A stretch of 64,000 nucleotides of DNA from positions 2,759,771-2,823,770 of the forward strand of contig OZ240215.1 in assembly GCA_965197585.1 (NCBI GenBank), written 5' to 3'. The notes beneath the pieces are model-generated. The model searched no databases. It saw only the letters and a program-made list of their open reading frames with translations, and was not told where the DNA came from. A program made the translations under genes and the position numbers. Of the stretch, positions 34,719 to 44,825 are shown piece after piece; the stretch's first letter is position 1, and every line of letters starts with the position of its first letter. The stretch is from Dehalococcoidia bacterium. Its GTDB lineage: Bacteria; Chloroflexota; Dehalococcoidia; Plut-88900.

Positions 34719-36260
34719 ATGACAGAGACACGAAAGCTCGTACTGCATAACGCTAATGTGATAACCCTGAACCCGACCGCGCCACGGGCCACGGGGGTGG
34801 TGTGCGAGGGTGGGGTGATCACGTCAACATCAGAGGTAGACGTACAATGCGCGCTCCGATCCGGGGAGTACGAGGAGATCGACTGTGAGGGGCGTACAGC
34901 GCTTCCCGGTTTCATTGATGCTCACGTGCATTTTTTGGCATATGCCTCGTCTCTGACCGCGGTCGACTGTTCACCTCAGGCTGTATCCTCCATCCCCGAC
35001 ATCACAGCCGCCCTCAGCGAGCAGGCCAAGAGCACACCCGAGGGCGAATGGGTGCGGGGGATGGGCTACGACGAGTTTCGGCTCCAAGAGAAACGGCATC
35101 CGACACGCCGGGACCTCGACACGCTGATACCCGACCACCCGGTTAAGCTAGGGCACAGGTCGGGGCACGGGACGGTGTTGAACGGTCGGGCCTTGACCCT
35201 CGCCGGGATCAGTATCGAGACTCCTGAACCTATTGCCGGTTTCATCGACAGGGACATCAACACGGGAGAGCCCACGGGCCTGTTCATAGACCTGGACGAC
35301 TGGCTTGACGAGCGGCTTGGGCCGCAGCCTCGGGGTGACGAGATGGGACCTGCCGCCCGTCAAGCTGCCGAGGTCTTCCTGTCCAAGGGAATCACTTCCT
35401 TTCACGACGCCTCTCCCTGCAACTCCCTTAAACGGTGGAGCTTCTTTCAGTCGTTGGTCTCGGGGCCCGAGCCTTTCCCCCGTGCAACGCTCATGCCGGG
35501 ATTTGCGCATTTGAGGGAGTTTGTCGGGGCGGGGTTGGGGTTTGGGGCGGGGGATGACAGGCTGCGGGTCGGGCATTGCAAGATAGTGCTGTCACAGGCG
35601 GGTGGGACACTCGAACCTTCGCCTCGGGAGCTCAGGGAGGCTGTGCAGGAGGCGGCGGAGGTCGGGTTTCCGGTGGCCATTCACGCCGTGGAGGAGGTGG
35701 AGGTAGAGGCCGCCATTGAGGCTATTGAGTCTGTGGATACTCCCAGACTAGCTCACCGAATTGAGCACGCGTCCATCTGTCCCCCGTCCCTCATAGCGAG
35801 GCTGAAGGCGAGTAACGTAACCGTCGTGACCCAACCCGCCTTCGTATATCACAGTGGGGACAGGTATCTTGCCGAGCTGCCCAAAAGAGACGTAGCCAAC
35901 CTCTATCCGCTAAGGGCATGGTTGGGCTCGGGGCTCAATGTTGCAGCGTCGTCGGATGCTCCGGTGACGCCGCCCGACCCGCTTCTCGGTATCCAGGCGG
36001 CGGTATTGCGCAGCGCTCGCACAGGCCAATCAGTCTCCCGCGAGCATGCAGTATCCATAGCTGAGGCGATGACCCTTCACGGTAGCGCGGCGTCTCATTA
36101 CGGGGGTCTCGGGGGGCGGGTGGGTGTGGTCAGGAGGGGCGCTTTGGCAGATTTCGCGGTGCTGGACCGGGACCCGATGAGTGTTCTTGCTGAGGAAATT
36201 GGTGGGATAGGGGTGTGGGTGACGGTTGTCGGGGGTGGGGTGGCATTCGGGGCTGGGTAG
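34719..36260 (+). CDS. Amidohydrolase-family metal-dependent hydrolase (Amidohydro_3-like)
   Basis: It contains [17 protein letters not shown], and [12 protein letters not shown]...[10 protein letters not shown]. It is a paralogue of 46320..47945. Confidence 0.8.
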   Translation: MTETRKLVLHNANVITLNPTAPRATGVVCEGGVITSTSEVDVQCALRSGEYEEIDCEGRTALPGFIDAHVHFLAYASSLTAVDCSPQAVSSIPDITAALSEQAKSTPEGEWVRGMGYDEFRLQEKRHPTRRDLDTLIPDHPVKLGHRSGHGTVLNGRALTLAGISIETPEPIAGFIDRDINTGEPTGLFIDLDDWLDERLGPQPRGDEMGPAARQAAEVFLSKGITSFHDASPCNSLKRWSFFQSLVSGPEPFPRATLMPGFAHLREFVGAGLGFGAGDDRLRVGHCKIVLSQAGGTLEPSPRELREAVQEAAEVGFPVAIHAVEEVEVEAAIEAIESVDTPRLAHRIEHASICPPSLIARLKASNVTVVTQPAFVYHSGDRYLAELPKRDVANLYPLRAWLGSGLNVAASSDAPVTPPDPLLGIQAAVLRSARTGQSVSREHAVSIAEAMTLHGSAASHYGGLGGRVGVVRRGALADFAVLDRDPMSVLAEEIGGIGVWVTVVGGGVAFGAG

Positions 36261-36284
36261 GGGAGGGGTGGGATAGGGCCAAGG

Positions 36285-36317
36285 GTACAAATTGAAGGTA
36301 GTACTTTCAATTTGTAC
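36285..36317. other. AT-rich perfect hairpin (12-bp stem) 25 nt after the amidohydrolase stop
   Basis: The sequence is GTACAAATTGAA-GGTAGTACT-TTCAATTTGTAC with no U-tract. It could be a terminator or a protein-binding site. Confidence 0.3.
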
Positions 36318-36412
36318 TGCGGTCGTCCGCTGACCAGAAGAGAACCTGCGCCCACGTCTCCATAATCTACCTGACTAGTCCCAAAACCAAGGTCGATTTA
36401 AGGGCAAGCGCC

Positions 36413-37524
<1,112 letters not shown>

Positions 37525-37552
37525 ATTCCTCGCGGGGCCTCGGAATGACAGG
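37525..37552. repeat. REP family R1, 3' portion abutting IS110 copy 1
   Basis: ATTCCTCGCGGGGCCTCGGAATGACAGG. The 5' portion CAAGCGCCTTAG lies on the other side of the IS (36405-36416). Confidence 0.8.
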
Positions 37553-37712
37553 TAAAGGGCGGACTCTACCCTGTAAAGGGGCGTCGGCTTGTGCGGTTGG
37601 AAAACACGCCGATGTATAGGAACACCCTCACCCTCGCCCTATCCCATCAAGATCCCTTTGCGTAACTGCAGTTTGCAGCTTCTCTACCAGCCAGATCGCC
37701 TAACCTCCACCC

Positions 37713-37747
37713 CCGCTCATACTTCGAGAGCCTCAGCACGAGCGCCC
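37713..37747. repeat. Repeat family E
   Basis: CCGCTCATACTTCGAGAGCCTCAGCACGAGCGCCC. Confidence 0.8.
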
Positions 37748-37858
37748 CGGCCCCTCCAGCACAGGTTATGCAGAGGTCTCATCAAGGGAGAGGGGATGGG
37801 ACGCCTCTCAATTTGCCTTTTGGAGGACTACGAAAAGGTGGAGCAAGGCCGGATATCT

Positions 37859-38833
37859 TTAGTTCTTTCTGATGAGGACGTAGGGGGGGAGCTCCATGAG
37901 GGCTTTGCGGTATTGGGTGTCGGGGAGGGGGGAGAGGGCTTCCTCGGCTTTGCGGCAGAAGTCGGTGGCGATGGCGTAGGAGTCCTCGATAACCGAGGAG
38001 TTGTTGATCATCTCCAGGGCTCGCTGCAGGGGTTTGTCGTCCCCCGGGGCCTGGAAGATCGCCTTCACGGGATCTTCGTCAGGGTACCTTTCCTGGAGCA
38101 GCAGAGCCGGCAAGGTGAGTACACCATGGGCCAGGTCTGCGCCGACGGGTTTACCTACCTCTTTCTCCGTCCCCTGGAAGTCGAGAATGTCGTCGATTAT
38201 CTGGAAGGCCATGCCCAGGCAGTAGCCGAAGGTGTGGAACCTTTCGACCGTGTCCTCGGGCGCGCCGCTCAGAATGGCCCCGGACTCTGCCGCAGTGGTG
38301 AAGAGCGACGCCGTCTTCTGACGGATCCTCTCGTAGTAGTCGTCCCTTCCGGTCGTCCAGTCAAAGGCGCCTAATCGCTCCTGCAGCTCACCTCGGGAAA
38401 GGTACATTATCGTCTCGGAGAAGAGGCGGATGACCCTGACGTTCTCAGTGGCGCAGACGAAGGTCGCTGACTTGGCGAATAGGTAGTCGCCGACGAGTAC
38501 CGCAGCGTTGTCTCCCCATAGGTTGCTGATGGTCGGCTGGCCGCGTCGGATGGCCGCCTTGTCTATGGTGTCGTCGTGGACGAGGGTGGCTATGTGGAGA
38601 AGCTCGACGGCGCAGGCCATGAGCCGGGGTGAGGCGGGATCGTGGTCATGGAACTTGGAGGAGAGGATGGTGATGGCAGGCCTCGTGCCCTTGCCTATGC
38701 TTTTGAGAGCGTGGGCGAGCATGGCCGCGAGGCCGGGAAAGTCCTCTTCGGCGATGGCTACCAGGTCAGCCCTGACTAGGTTAAGCTCTTCCTTGATCGG
38801 TTTGTAGATAGACAGCGACTTGGCAGAGGGCAT
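37859..38833 (-). CDS. Polyprenyl diphosphate synthase (trans-IPPS; chain length not determinable)
   Basis: The two Asp-rich motifs are LVHDDTIDKA and FQIIDDILDF. Confidence 0.85.
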   Translation of the reverse strand: MPSAKSLSIYKPIKEELNLVRADLVAIAEEDFPGLAAMLAHALKSIGKGTRPAITILSSKFHDHDPASPRLMACAVELLHIATLVHDDTIDKAAIRRGQPTISNLWGDNAAVLVGDYLFAKSATFVCATENVRVIRLFSETIMYLSRGELQERLGAFDWTTGRDDYYERIRQKTASLFTTAAESGAILSGAPEDTVERFHTFGYCLGMAFQIIDDILDFQGTEKEVGKPVGADLAHGVLTLPALLLQERYPDEDPVKAIFQAPGDDKPLQRALEMINNSSVIEDSYAIATDFCRKAEEALSPLPDTQYRKALMELPPYVLIRKN

Positions 38834-38848
38834 AGAAAGACGTTGTCC

Positions 38849-40519
38849 TTAGCCCGAGACCTGTTCCAGCCTGGCGGTCTCCACCTCGGCCACTTCATCT
38901 TCCAGTTTGGTGAACAGGGGTAAAGGCTTCTGAAGCTCGCGTCCAGGGACGGGAGCCTCGATATTCCACTCAGAGCGTTCGTCCAACTCACCCAGGCCCA
39001 GGTAGCCGTGCAGCTTCCGGGAGCTGAAGGGCAGGAACGGGTAGAGCATGGTCTTCAGGGCCGTGACAACGGAGATGGCACACCAGAGGGTTGTAGCAGC
39101 GGCGTCCTTGTCTTCCTTGACCTGTCGCCAGGGAGCTTTGCGGTCGAGGTAGCGGTTCGCCTCCTGGGCCAGGCCAACCGCCTGCCTGATCGCCTCCTTG
39201 AAACGGCACCGGTAAAGAAGATCGTCCACTTCGGCGAAAGTTTGGTTGATCTTGTCGAGCATATCCGTCTCGTCGGAAGAGAGGGGTCCGGGCGACGGGA
39301 CCTTGCCATCGAAGTTCCGGTAGGTAATGGTCAGCACCCGGTGTACGAGATTGCCATAGGTGCCGACAAGCTCGCCGTTGTTCCTGCGCACGAACTCGCC
39401 CCACGTAAAGTCGGAGTCAGAGGTGTCGGGCATGTTAGCCGAGAGGTAGTACCTGATGAGGTCGGGTGGGAAGTTGTCCAGGTAGTCGTTGAGCCAAACG
39501 GCCCAGTTACGGCTGGTGGAAAGCTGCCTGCCGTCGATGTTCAGGAACTCGTTGGCGGGGACGTCATAGGGGATGGCTCGGCCGCCGTATCCGAGCAGGA
39601 TCGCCGGCCAGATGATCGTGTGGAAGGGGATGTTGTCCTTGCCAATGAAATAGTAGGTCTTGGCTCCGTCTCCCCAGAAGTCCCGCCACTTCTCGGGTGT
39701 GCCACGGTTTTTGGCCCACTCTATGCTTGCCGAAAGGTAGCCGATTACCGCTTCGAACCAGACGTATATTCTTTTGTCGTCGAGACCCGGTAAGGGAATC
39801 GGGATGCCCCAGTCGATGTCTCGGGTGATGGCCCTATCTTTCAGCCCGTCCTTGAGCATCTGAAGGGTGAAGTTCTGGACGTTGGGGCGCCAATGGTCCT
39901 GGGTCTCGACCCATTCGATGAGCCGGTCCTGGAAGGCGCTCAGCTTAAGGAAGTGGTGTTCCGACCTGCGTATCTCCGGCGTGGCGCCGCAGACGCGGCA
40001 CTTCAGATCCAGGAGGTCGGTGGGATTGAGGGGCTTGCCGCAGGCATCGCACTGGTCGCCTCGGGCCCCGGCGTTACCGCAATTGGGACACGTACCTTCA
40101 ACGTAGCGGTCGGGGAGGTAGCGGTTACAGCTGGGGCAGTGGGGGAGCATCATCCCATCTTTGTAGATGTACTCCTTGGAAAGAAGGTCCAGGAAGATAT
40201 CCTGCACGACCTCCTGGTGATTCGCAGTCCGGGTGGTGGTGAAGAGGTCGAAGGAGATGCCCATCCGGTCCCAGGACTCGAGGAAGAGGGCCTGGAACTT
40301 ATCCACGATCTCCTGGGGGGATACGCCTTCTTTCTCGGCGCGGAGGGTTATTGGGGTGCCATGCTGGTCGCTGCCCGAGACCATCAGGACCTCGTCGCCC
40401 TTGGCGCGATGGTATCGAGCAAAGATGTCTGCGGGGAGATATGCCCCGGCCAGGTGGCCCAAGTGTAAAGGGCCGTTGGCGTAGGGCCAAGCGACTGCTA
40501 CTAAGATGCGTTCGGACAA
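38849..40519 (-). CDS. metG: Methionine--tRNA ligase
   Basis: The HIGH motif is YANGPLHLGHLAG, and the zinc knuckles are CPSCNRYL...CPNCG...CDACG...CRVCG. The anticodon-binding region follows. The start is TTG. The KMSKS position reads QLSTS. Confidence 0.9.
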   Translation of the reverse strand: MSERILVAVAWPYANGPLHLGHLAGAYLPADIFARYHRAKGDEVLMVSGSDQHGTPITLRAEKEGVSPQEIVDKFQALFLESWDRMGISFDLFTTTRTANHQEVVQDIFLDLLSKEYIYKDGMMLPHCPSCNRYLPDRYVEGTCPNCGNAGARGDQCDACGKPLNPTDLLDLKCRVCGATPEIRRSEHHFLKLSAFQDRLIEWVETQDHWRPNVQNFTLQMLKDGLKDRAITRDIDWGIPIPLPGLDDKRIYVWFEAVIGYLSASIEWAKNRGTPEKWRDFWGDGAKTYYFIGKDNIPFHTIIWPAILLGYGGRAIPYDVPANEFLNIDGRQLSTSRNWAVWLNDYLDNFPPDLIRYYLSANMPDTSDSDFTWGEFVRRNNGELVGTYGNLVHRVLTITYRNFDGKVPSPGPLSSDETDMLDKINQTFAEVDDLLYRCRFKEAIRQAVGLAQEANRYLDRKAPWRQVKEDKDAAATTLWCAISVVTALKTMLYPFLPFSSRKLHGYLGLGELDERSEWNIEAPVPGRELQKPLPLFTKLEDEVAEVETARLEQVSG

Positions 40520-40546
40520 TGCATAAGCCCTCTGGGGAACAGGATG

Positions 40547-40575
40547 ATTCTAGCACGGGGTGGGGGGAGGGGCAA
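40547..40575 (-). promoter_or_regulatory. Sigma70-like promoter candidate for metG
   Basis: The reverse strand reads TTGCCC-17 nt-(TGc)TAGAAT, about 30 nt before the TTG start. Confidence 0.45.
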
Positions 40576-40641
40576 TTCGGGGTGGATGTAGTTCTAGCAA
40601 GGGAATAGAATGGATAGAGAGGCCACGGTAGGAGGAAAGCG

Positions 40642-41094
40642 TTGATGCATACTCGCAAAAGGAGCCTGGTTGTAGGTGGAGTTGCCTTGTGCTTTATCGC
40701 TATCACTTTGTTGGGGGCTTGTAGTAAGCCGAATCCGACGCCTCTTCCGACGATAGCGTACACACCACCCCCAGCGCATACGCCACCCGCGGCTCCAACA
40801 TATACGCCAATCCCAGAAAGTTACAACGGCGAGCCAGCCTGTTCGCGCATCCTTGGAGCAGTAAGAGACCATGAAAACGGGCGCATCTCTGAATCAGAGG
40901 CGTTTGCTCGATTGGACGGGGGATTCGACCTTCTTGACAATGCGGAACCCGAGATTGCTCAGGCGGGGAAAATACTTTTGAACGCTGTCACTGAACCACC
41001 CTTCCGTGGAGGTGGAGCGCTTAGACCATTCTATTCCCTATATTCAGAGGGTGTGGAATTCAGAGAACTCTGTCAGCACTATGGGTATTGGTGA
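40642..41094 (+). CDS. Hypothetical lipoprotein
   Basis: The signal peptide with lipobox is VVGGVALCFIAITLLGAC, followed by a Pro/Thr-rich linker. I recognise no family. Confidence 0.5.
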   Translation: MMHTRKRSLVVGGVALCFIAITLLGACSKPNPTPLPTIAYTPPPAHTPPAAPTYTPIPESYNGEPACSRILGAVRDHENGRISESEAFARLDGGFDLLDNAEPEIAQAGKILLNAVTEPPFRGGGALRPFYSLYSEGVEFRELCQHYGYW

Positions 41095-41170
41095 GTTTTA
41101 CTTTGACCAAGCATAAACTACTTCGGCAACCTAGTCTGACTGGCAGCACAATGTTTACCCACCGATTTCC

Positions 41171-41386
41171 CTAAAGGTAAAAGGTGAGAGACTTCAACCG
41201 AAGTCCGGTTTCCTCTGTAAGCTTCCTCTTCGTAGTTATTGCCTGCGCTACATCTTCGAAATTTGCCCCACTATCCCGAACGATGTCTTCAAATGGCATC
41301 GTTAGCTCTTTTTCTCCCGAGGCCCTTCTAAGGTCTGAACGTTCACGTAAGAACCTGTATACGCGTACTGCGTCTCCGACTGCCAT
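41171..41386 (-). CDS. Hypothetical small protein
   Basis: 71 aa in an AT-richer segment. AAGGAGGAG lies just upstream of the ATG. Confidence 0.35.
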   Translation of the reverse strand: MAVGDAVRVYRFLRERSDLRRASGEKELTMPFEDIVRDSGANFEDVAQAITTKRKLTEETGLRLKSLTFYL

Positions 41387-41573
41387 AACTCCTCCTTGTT
41401 GCCGATTCGACTTGCAATCTATACCGTGTTATCTACATTTACGCGTGTGTATACACTCGGTAGACTATATCCTTCTGCTAGTTAAGTAATTATTAAGATA
41501 AGCGGGGTGACGTCAAGTTACTCCCCCCTCCCCCCGGCCGCGCTATCCTAACCTCTAACCTAAAGGAGCCCCA

Positions 41574-41861
41574 TTGTTCAAACGTGCAGCACATCCGGGT
41601 GAAGTACTCAAGGACGAGTTGGAAGAGTTTGGGGTGAGCCAGGCGGCATTTGCCCGACAGATCGACGTGCCGCCGAATCGGGTTAGTCAGATAATCACCG
41701 GGAAGAGGTCGGTGACGGGGGACACGGCGTTGCGGTTCGGGCACTGGTTCGGGGTCGAGCCTCAGTTCTGGCTCAATCTCCAAAGCCAGTTTGACTTGGC
41801 TACGGCAGAACGCAGAAATGGGGCAGAAATCAAGGCTTTACCCAAGGCGGTTCGGGAATAA
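41574..41861 (+). CDS. higA: HigA-family (XRE HTH) antitoxin, apparently orphan
   Basis: It contains HPGEVLKDELEEFGVSQAAFARQIDVPPNRVSQIITGKRSVTGDTALRFGHWFGVEPQFWLNLQ. The start is TTG, preceded by AAAGGAG. No HigB-like ORF lies adjacent. Confidence 0.8.
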   Translation: MFKRAAHPGEVLKDELEEFGVSQAAFARQIDVPPNRVSQIITGKRSVTGDTALRFGHWFGVEPQFWLNLQSQFDLATAERRNGAEIKALPKAVRE

Positions 41862-41920
41862 CGAAGGGGAGGGAGGGGATCGGAGGTCTCCTCAGCATAA
41901 GTGGCGAATGTTACCCCCTC

Positions 41921-42020
41921 CCCGCGCATACTTCGACGGGCTCAGCACGAGCGGCCCCTCCCCAGGGATGGATTCACACCTCAGCGCATCCTTGACCGGC
42001 TCGGGGGCCGGGATGACGGG
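41921..42020. repeat. Composite of repeat family E (41921-41958) and REP family R2 with insert (41965-42020)
   Basis: The E part is CCCGCGCATACTTCGACGGGCTCAGCACGAGCGGCCCC. The R2 part is GGGATGGATTCACACC...GGCCGGGATGACGGG. Confidence 0.7.
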
Positions 42021-42061
42021 AAGGGGATGTGAGAGAGAATTGGGGCGTTGCGTTTCTTCAT

Positions 42062-42090
42062 TTGCCCACCTTCCCTTGCCGCGTTATCCT
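42062..42090 (+). promoter_or_regulatory. Sigma70-like promoter candidate for hisS
   Basis: The sequence is TTGCCC-17 nt-TATCCT, followed by AAGGAGG and the TTG start at 42115. Confidence 0.45.
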
Positions 42091-42114
42091 AGCCTCCGAC
42101 CCAAGGAGGCCCCT

Positions 42115-43404
42115 TTGCCAAGCAATACACGCTACCGTTCAGCCCGAGGCACGGAAGATATCCTGCCCGACGCCCAGCCACGATGGCGCAGTGTCCGGGA
42201 CACAATGGTCTCGGTGTGCGAGCGCTATTCGTACGGCCAGATAGACACGCCGATCTTCGAGGACTACAACCTGTTTGTGCGGGGAGTCGGGGAGGTTACG
42301 GATATCGTGGAGAAGGAGATGTACCTCATCCCCGACAGGTCGGGAAGCGACACCCTGGCCCTCCGTCCCGAGGCCACCGCCGCCGTGTGCCGCGCCTACC
42401 TTCAGCACGGCCTCCACACCCGACCTCAGCCCATACGCCTATACACGGTCATGGCCCCGATGTTCCGCTACTCCAGGCCGCAGTCGGGGAGGCTTAGGCA
42501 GTTCCACCAGTTGAATGTCGAAGCGATAGGCGATCCGGACGCGACTGTCGATGCGGAGATTCTTGGGCTCTGCTGGCAGGTTTTCGCAGAGCTGGGACTA
42601 TCGGGCCTCACGCTCCAGCTGAACAGCATTGGCGATGCCGCGTGCCGTCCCGCATACGTTCAGGCGCTCAAGTCTTACTACGGAGACCGGGTCGAGCAGC
42701 TGTGTCGGGACTGCACGGCGCGGCTGGACAGGGCGCCACTACGGCTTCTCGACTGCAAGGAAGAGAGATGTCAGCCGTTTATCGAAGGGGCGCCCCGCAG
42801 CCGCGACCACCTCTGCGCCGAGTGCGAGGCTCACTTCGCAGACCTGGTCGGCTTTCTGGAAGGCATGGACGTGCCCTTCGTTCTCGACCACCGGCTGGTC
42901 CGGGGGCTCGACTACTACACCCGTACGGTATTCGAGGTGCAGACCACGGCAGAAGGGGGTCAAAACGCGCTCGGGGGTGGAGGGAGGTACGACGGGCTGA
43001 TAGAGGAGATCGGGGGTAAGCCGACGCCGGGTGTCGGGTTTGCGATGGGGATCGAGCGGATCATTCTCAACCTGGAACGGCAGTCGGTGGCGGCTCCCGA
43101 GCCACAATTGCCCTCGGTCTTCGTGGCCTACGTGGGGCAGAAGGCGAGGGAGCGGGCGGTTGTGCTGTCCGCGGAGCTGGTAAGGGCCGGTATTGCGAAT
43201 GTGCTCGGGCCGGCGTCCAAGAGTCTGAAGGCGCAGTTGCGGCAGGCGGGGGGGATGGGAGTGCCATACGTGGCGATTATCGGAGAGGATGAGGCGGAGC
43301 GAGGGGTGGTTACGCTGCGGAATATGTCGGAGAGGACACAGGGGGAGGTTGGGGTGGGGGGGCTGGCGGGGTTGCTTTGTCCGGGACCACCCTCACTCTC
43401 CTGA
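42115..43404 (+). CDS. hisS: Histidine--tRNA ligase
   Basis: With the TTG start after AAGGAGG the protein begins MPSNTRYRSARGTEDILP. It contains LRPEATAAVCRAY, FRYSRPQSGRLRQFHQ and GGGGRYDGL. The 537-aa track ORF adds 108 N-terminal codons made of repeat DNA. Confidence 0.9.
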   Translation: MPSNTRYRSARGTEDILPDAQPRWRSVRDTMVSVCERYSYGQIDTPIFEDYNLFVRGVGEVTDIVEKEMYLIPDRSGSDTLALRPEATAAVCRAYLQHGLHTRPQPIRLYTVMAPMFRYSRPQSGRLRQFHQLNVEAIGDPDATVDAEILGLCWQVFAELGLSGLTLQLNSIGDAACRPAYVQALKSYYGDRVEQLCRDCTARLDRAPLRLLDCKEERCQPFIEGAPRSRDHLCAECEAHFADLVGFLEGMDVPFVLDHRLVRGLDYYTRTVFEVQTTAEGGQNALGGGGRYDGLIEEIGGKPTPGVGFAMGIERIILNLERQSVAAPEPQLPSVFVAYVGQKARERAVVLSAELVRAGIANVLGPASKSLKAQLRQAGGMGVPYVAIIGEDEAERGVVTLRNMSERTQGEVGVGGLAGLLCPGPPSLS

Positions 43405-43518
43405 GCGAGCCCACGGCTCTTCTCGGCGAGTCTTCGGCTCTAGCTCTCTCACGTCGAGGGGCCTTTGTGTAACTGGTCTGTAGAGGTCCGGAACACCCTC
43501 ACCCTAGCCCTCTGCCAT

Positions 43519-44785
43519 TGTACAGACCGGGGACATGGGTAACAGTTGTTCGGGGAGATAGGTAACACATTCTATCGACTTAGATCTATGGTAGCGATGG
43601 GCTGCACGGAGAAAAAGACCTTCCATGTTCCATCGTTGGCCGTGGGCCTCAGAGCGACCCGCCTGTTTCTGAAGGCTTTACCGACAGGGAGTGATCTGCC
43701 CAGAAAGGATATTCGGCCGTTGACATCGACGGAGCGTACCTGGTCATCAGTATCATACTCGACGGCTGGAAGGGCCTCCGGGAAAGGCCGAGGGCTGATG
43801 GCGTATCTGCTGGCAGGGGTATCGAGGTCCAGGGCGTGGTGAGGCCGCTTGAGGTTGTAGAAGTCTCTCCACCTGTCGAAGCTGCTCTGGCAGTGGGACA
43901 GGTTGGTGTATTTACTTCCCTGGAGCAGTTCCGTCTTGAGAGACCTGTGGAAGCGCTCGAGCTTGCCGAGGGTCTGGGGATGGTATGGCCTGCTGTGTAC
44001 CACCCTGACTCCCAGTTGAACCAGCCAGACGGTGAGCGGGGTGAAGGGGTGGTAGAAGTCGCTGCCCCAGGGGGAGCCATTGTCTACCAGTATCGTGTTG
44101 GGCATGCCGTAGCTGCGGAAGATGGACGTGAGATGGTCATGGACGGTCTGAGTCTTCTCGTCTGCACAAGCCCTCACGCCCAGGGAGAACCTAGAATGGT
44201 CGTCCAGTACCGTCAGTGGGTGACACCGCCCACCACTGTCTACTGGGATATGCCCCTTGAAGTCCATTTGCCAAAGGTCGTTGGGCCGTTGGTGCTCGAA
44301 GCGCCTGTACGGCTTGTGCTTGAGGCTGTCCGCCGGCTCTATAAGTCGATGTCGCCTGAGGATGGCCGTGACCGTGCTCTTGGACGGCACGCCGTTGTGA
44401 CCACTATCCTTGAGTATCCTGGCCAGTACGTGTCCTCCCTTGGTAGGGTGCTTCCTACGAAGGTCTACGACGAGCTGCTCCATCTCGGCGCCCGTGCGGT
44501 TCGGGGAGTGACGGGGACGCTTCGGGAGATCATCCAGACTCTGCTCTCCGCCTTCGAGATATCGTCTCAGCCACTTGTAGCCGGTCTTGCGGCTGATCCC
44601 ACTGCGCAGACACAGTTCGCTCATATTCACACCCTCGGACTGTGCCAGGGCGACAAACTCTTCGCGTTGAGACATGGCACTTGCAACCTTCCATGGCATG
44701 AAAACCCTCCTGAATCAGATTTACCATGCCTTATGGTGTAACCCATGTCTCCGAACATGTGTAACCTATGTCCCCGGTCTATACA
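43519..44785 (-). mobile_element. IS481-family-like insertion sequence no. 2 (1267 bp)
   Basis: The ends are TGTACAGACCGGGGACATGGGTAACA and, as reverse complement, TGTATAGACCGGGGACATAGGTTACA. The similarity extends about 50 bp. The flanks are GCCAT and CCCAT. Confidence 0.75.
43572..44699 (-). CDS. IS481-family DDE (rve) transposase
   Basis: 375 aa. The HTH is NMSELCLRSGISRKTGYKWLRRY. It also contains WQMDFKGH, LTVLDDHSRF, LVDNGSPW and RPYHPQTLGKLERFHRSLK...YNLKRPHHAL. Confidence 0.85.
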   Translation of the reverse strand: MPWKVASAMSQREEFVALAQSEGVNMSELCLRSGISRKTGYKWLRRYLEGGEQSLDDLPKRPRHSPNRTGAEMEQLVVDLRRKHPTKGGHVLARILKDSGHNGVPSKSTVTAILRRHRLIEPADSLKHKPYRRFEHQRPNDLWQMDFKGHIPVDSGGRCHPLTVLDDHSRFSLGVRACADEKTQTVHDHLTSIFRSYGMPNTILVDNGSPWGSDFYHPFTPLTVWLVQLGVRVVHSRPYHPQTLGKLERFHRSLKTELLQGSKYTNLSHCQSSFDRWRDFYNLKRPHHALDLDTPASRYAISPRPFPEALPAVEYDTDDQVRSVDVNGRISFLGRSLPVGKAFRNRRVALRPTANDGTWKVFFSVQPIATIDLSR

Positions 44786-44825
44786 CCCATCGAAAGGAGA
44801 GGGGATTGGACCCCACCCTGGATTC

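Noticed and set aside
34594-34731. 46-codon N-terminal extension of the MFS transporter, and the 34668 start of the divergent amidohydrolase
   Set aside because: The extensions overlap each other on opposite strands. The internal ATGs (34593 and 34719) give typical N-termini.
41387-41573. HigB toxin gene expected upstream of higA
   Set aside because: No ORF with any toxin-like sequence is present. The spacer contains only AT-rich DNA and a leader cassette, so higA is called an orphan.
41791-42114. 108-codon N-terminal extension of hisS in the ORF track
   Set aside because: The extension is translated repeat DNA (it contains SYFDGLSTSGP and GMDS...GAGMTG from families E and R2). A TTG preceded by AAGGAGG at 42115 gives a normal 429-aa HisRS.
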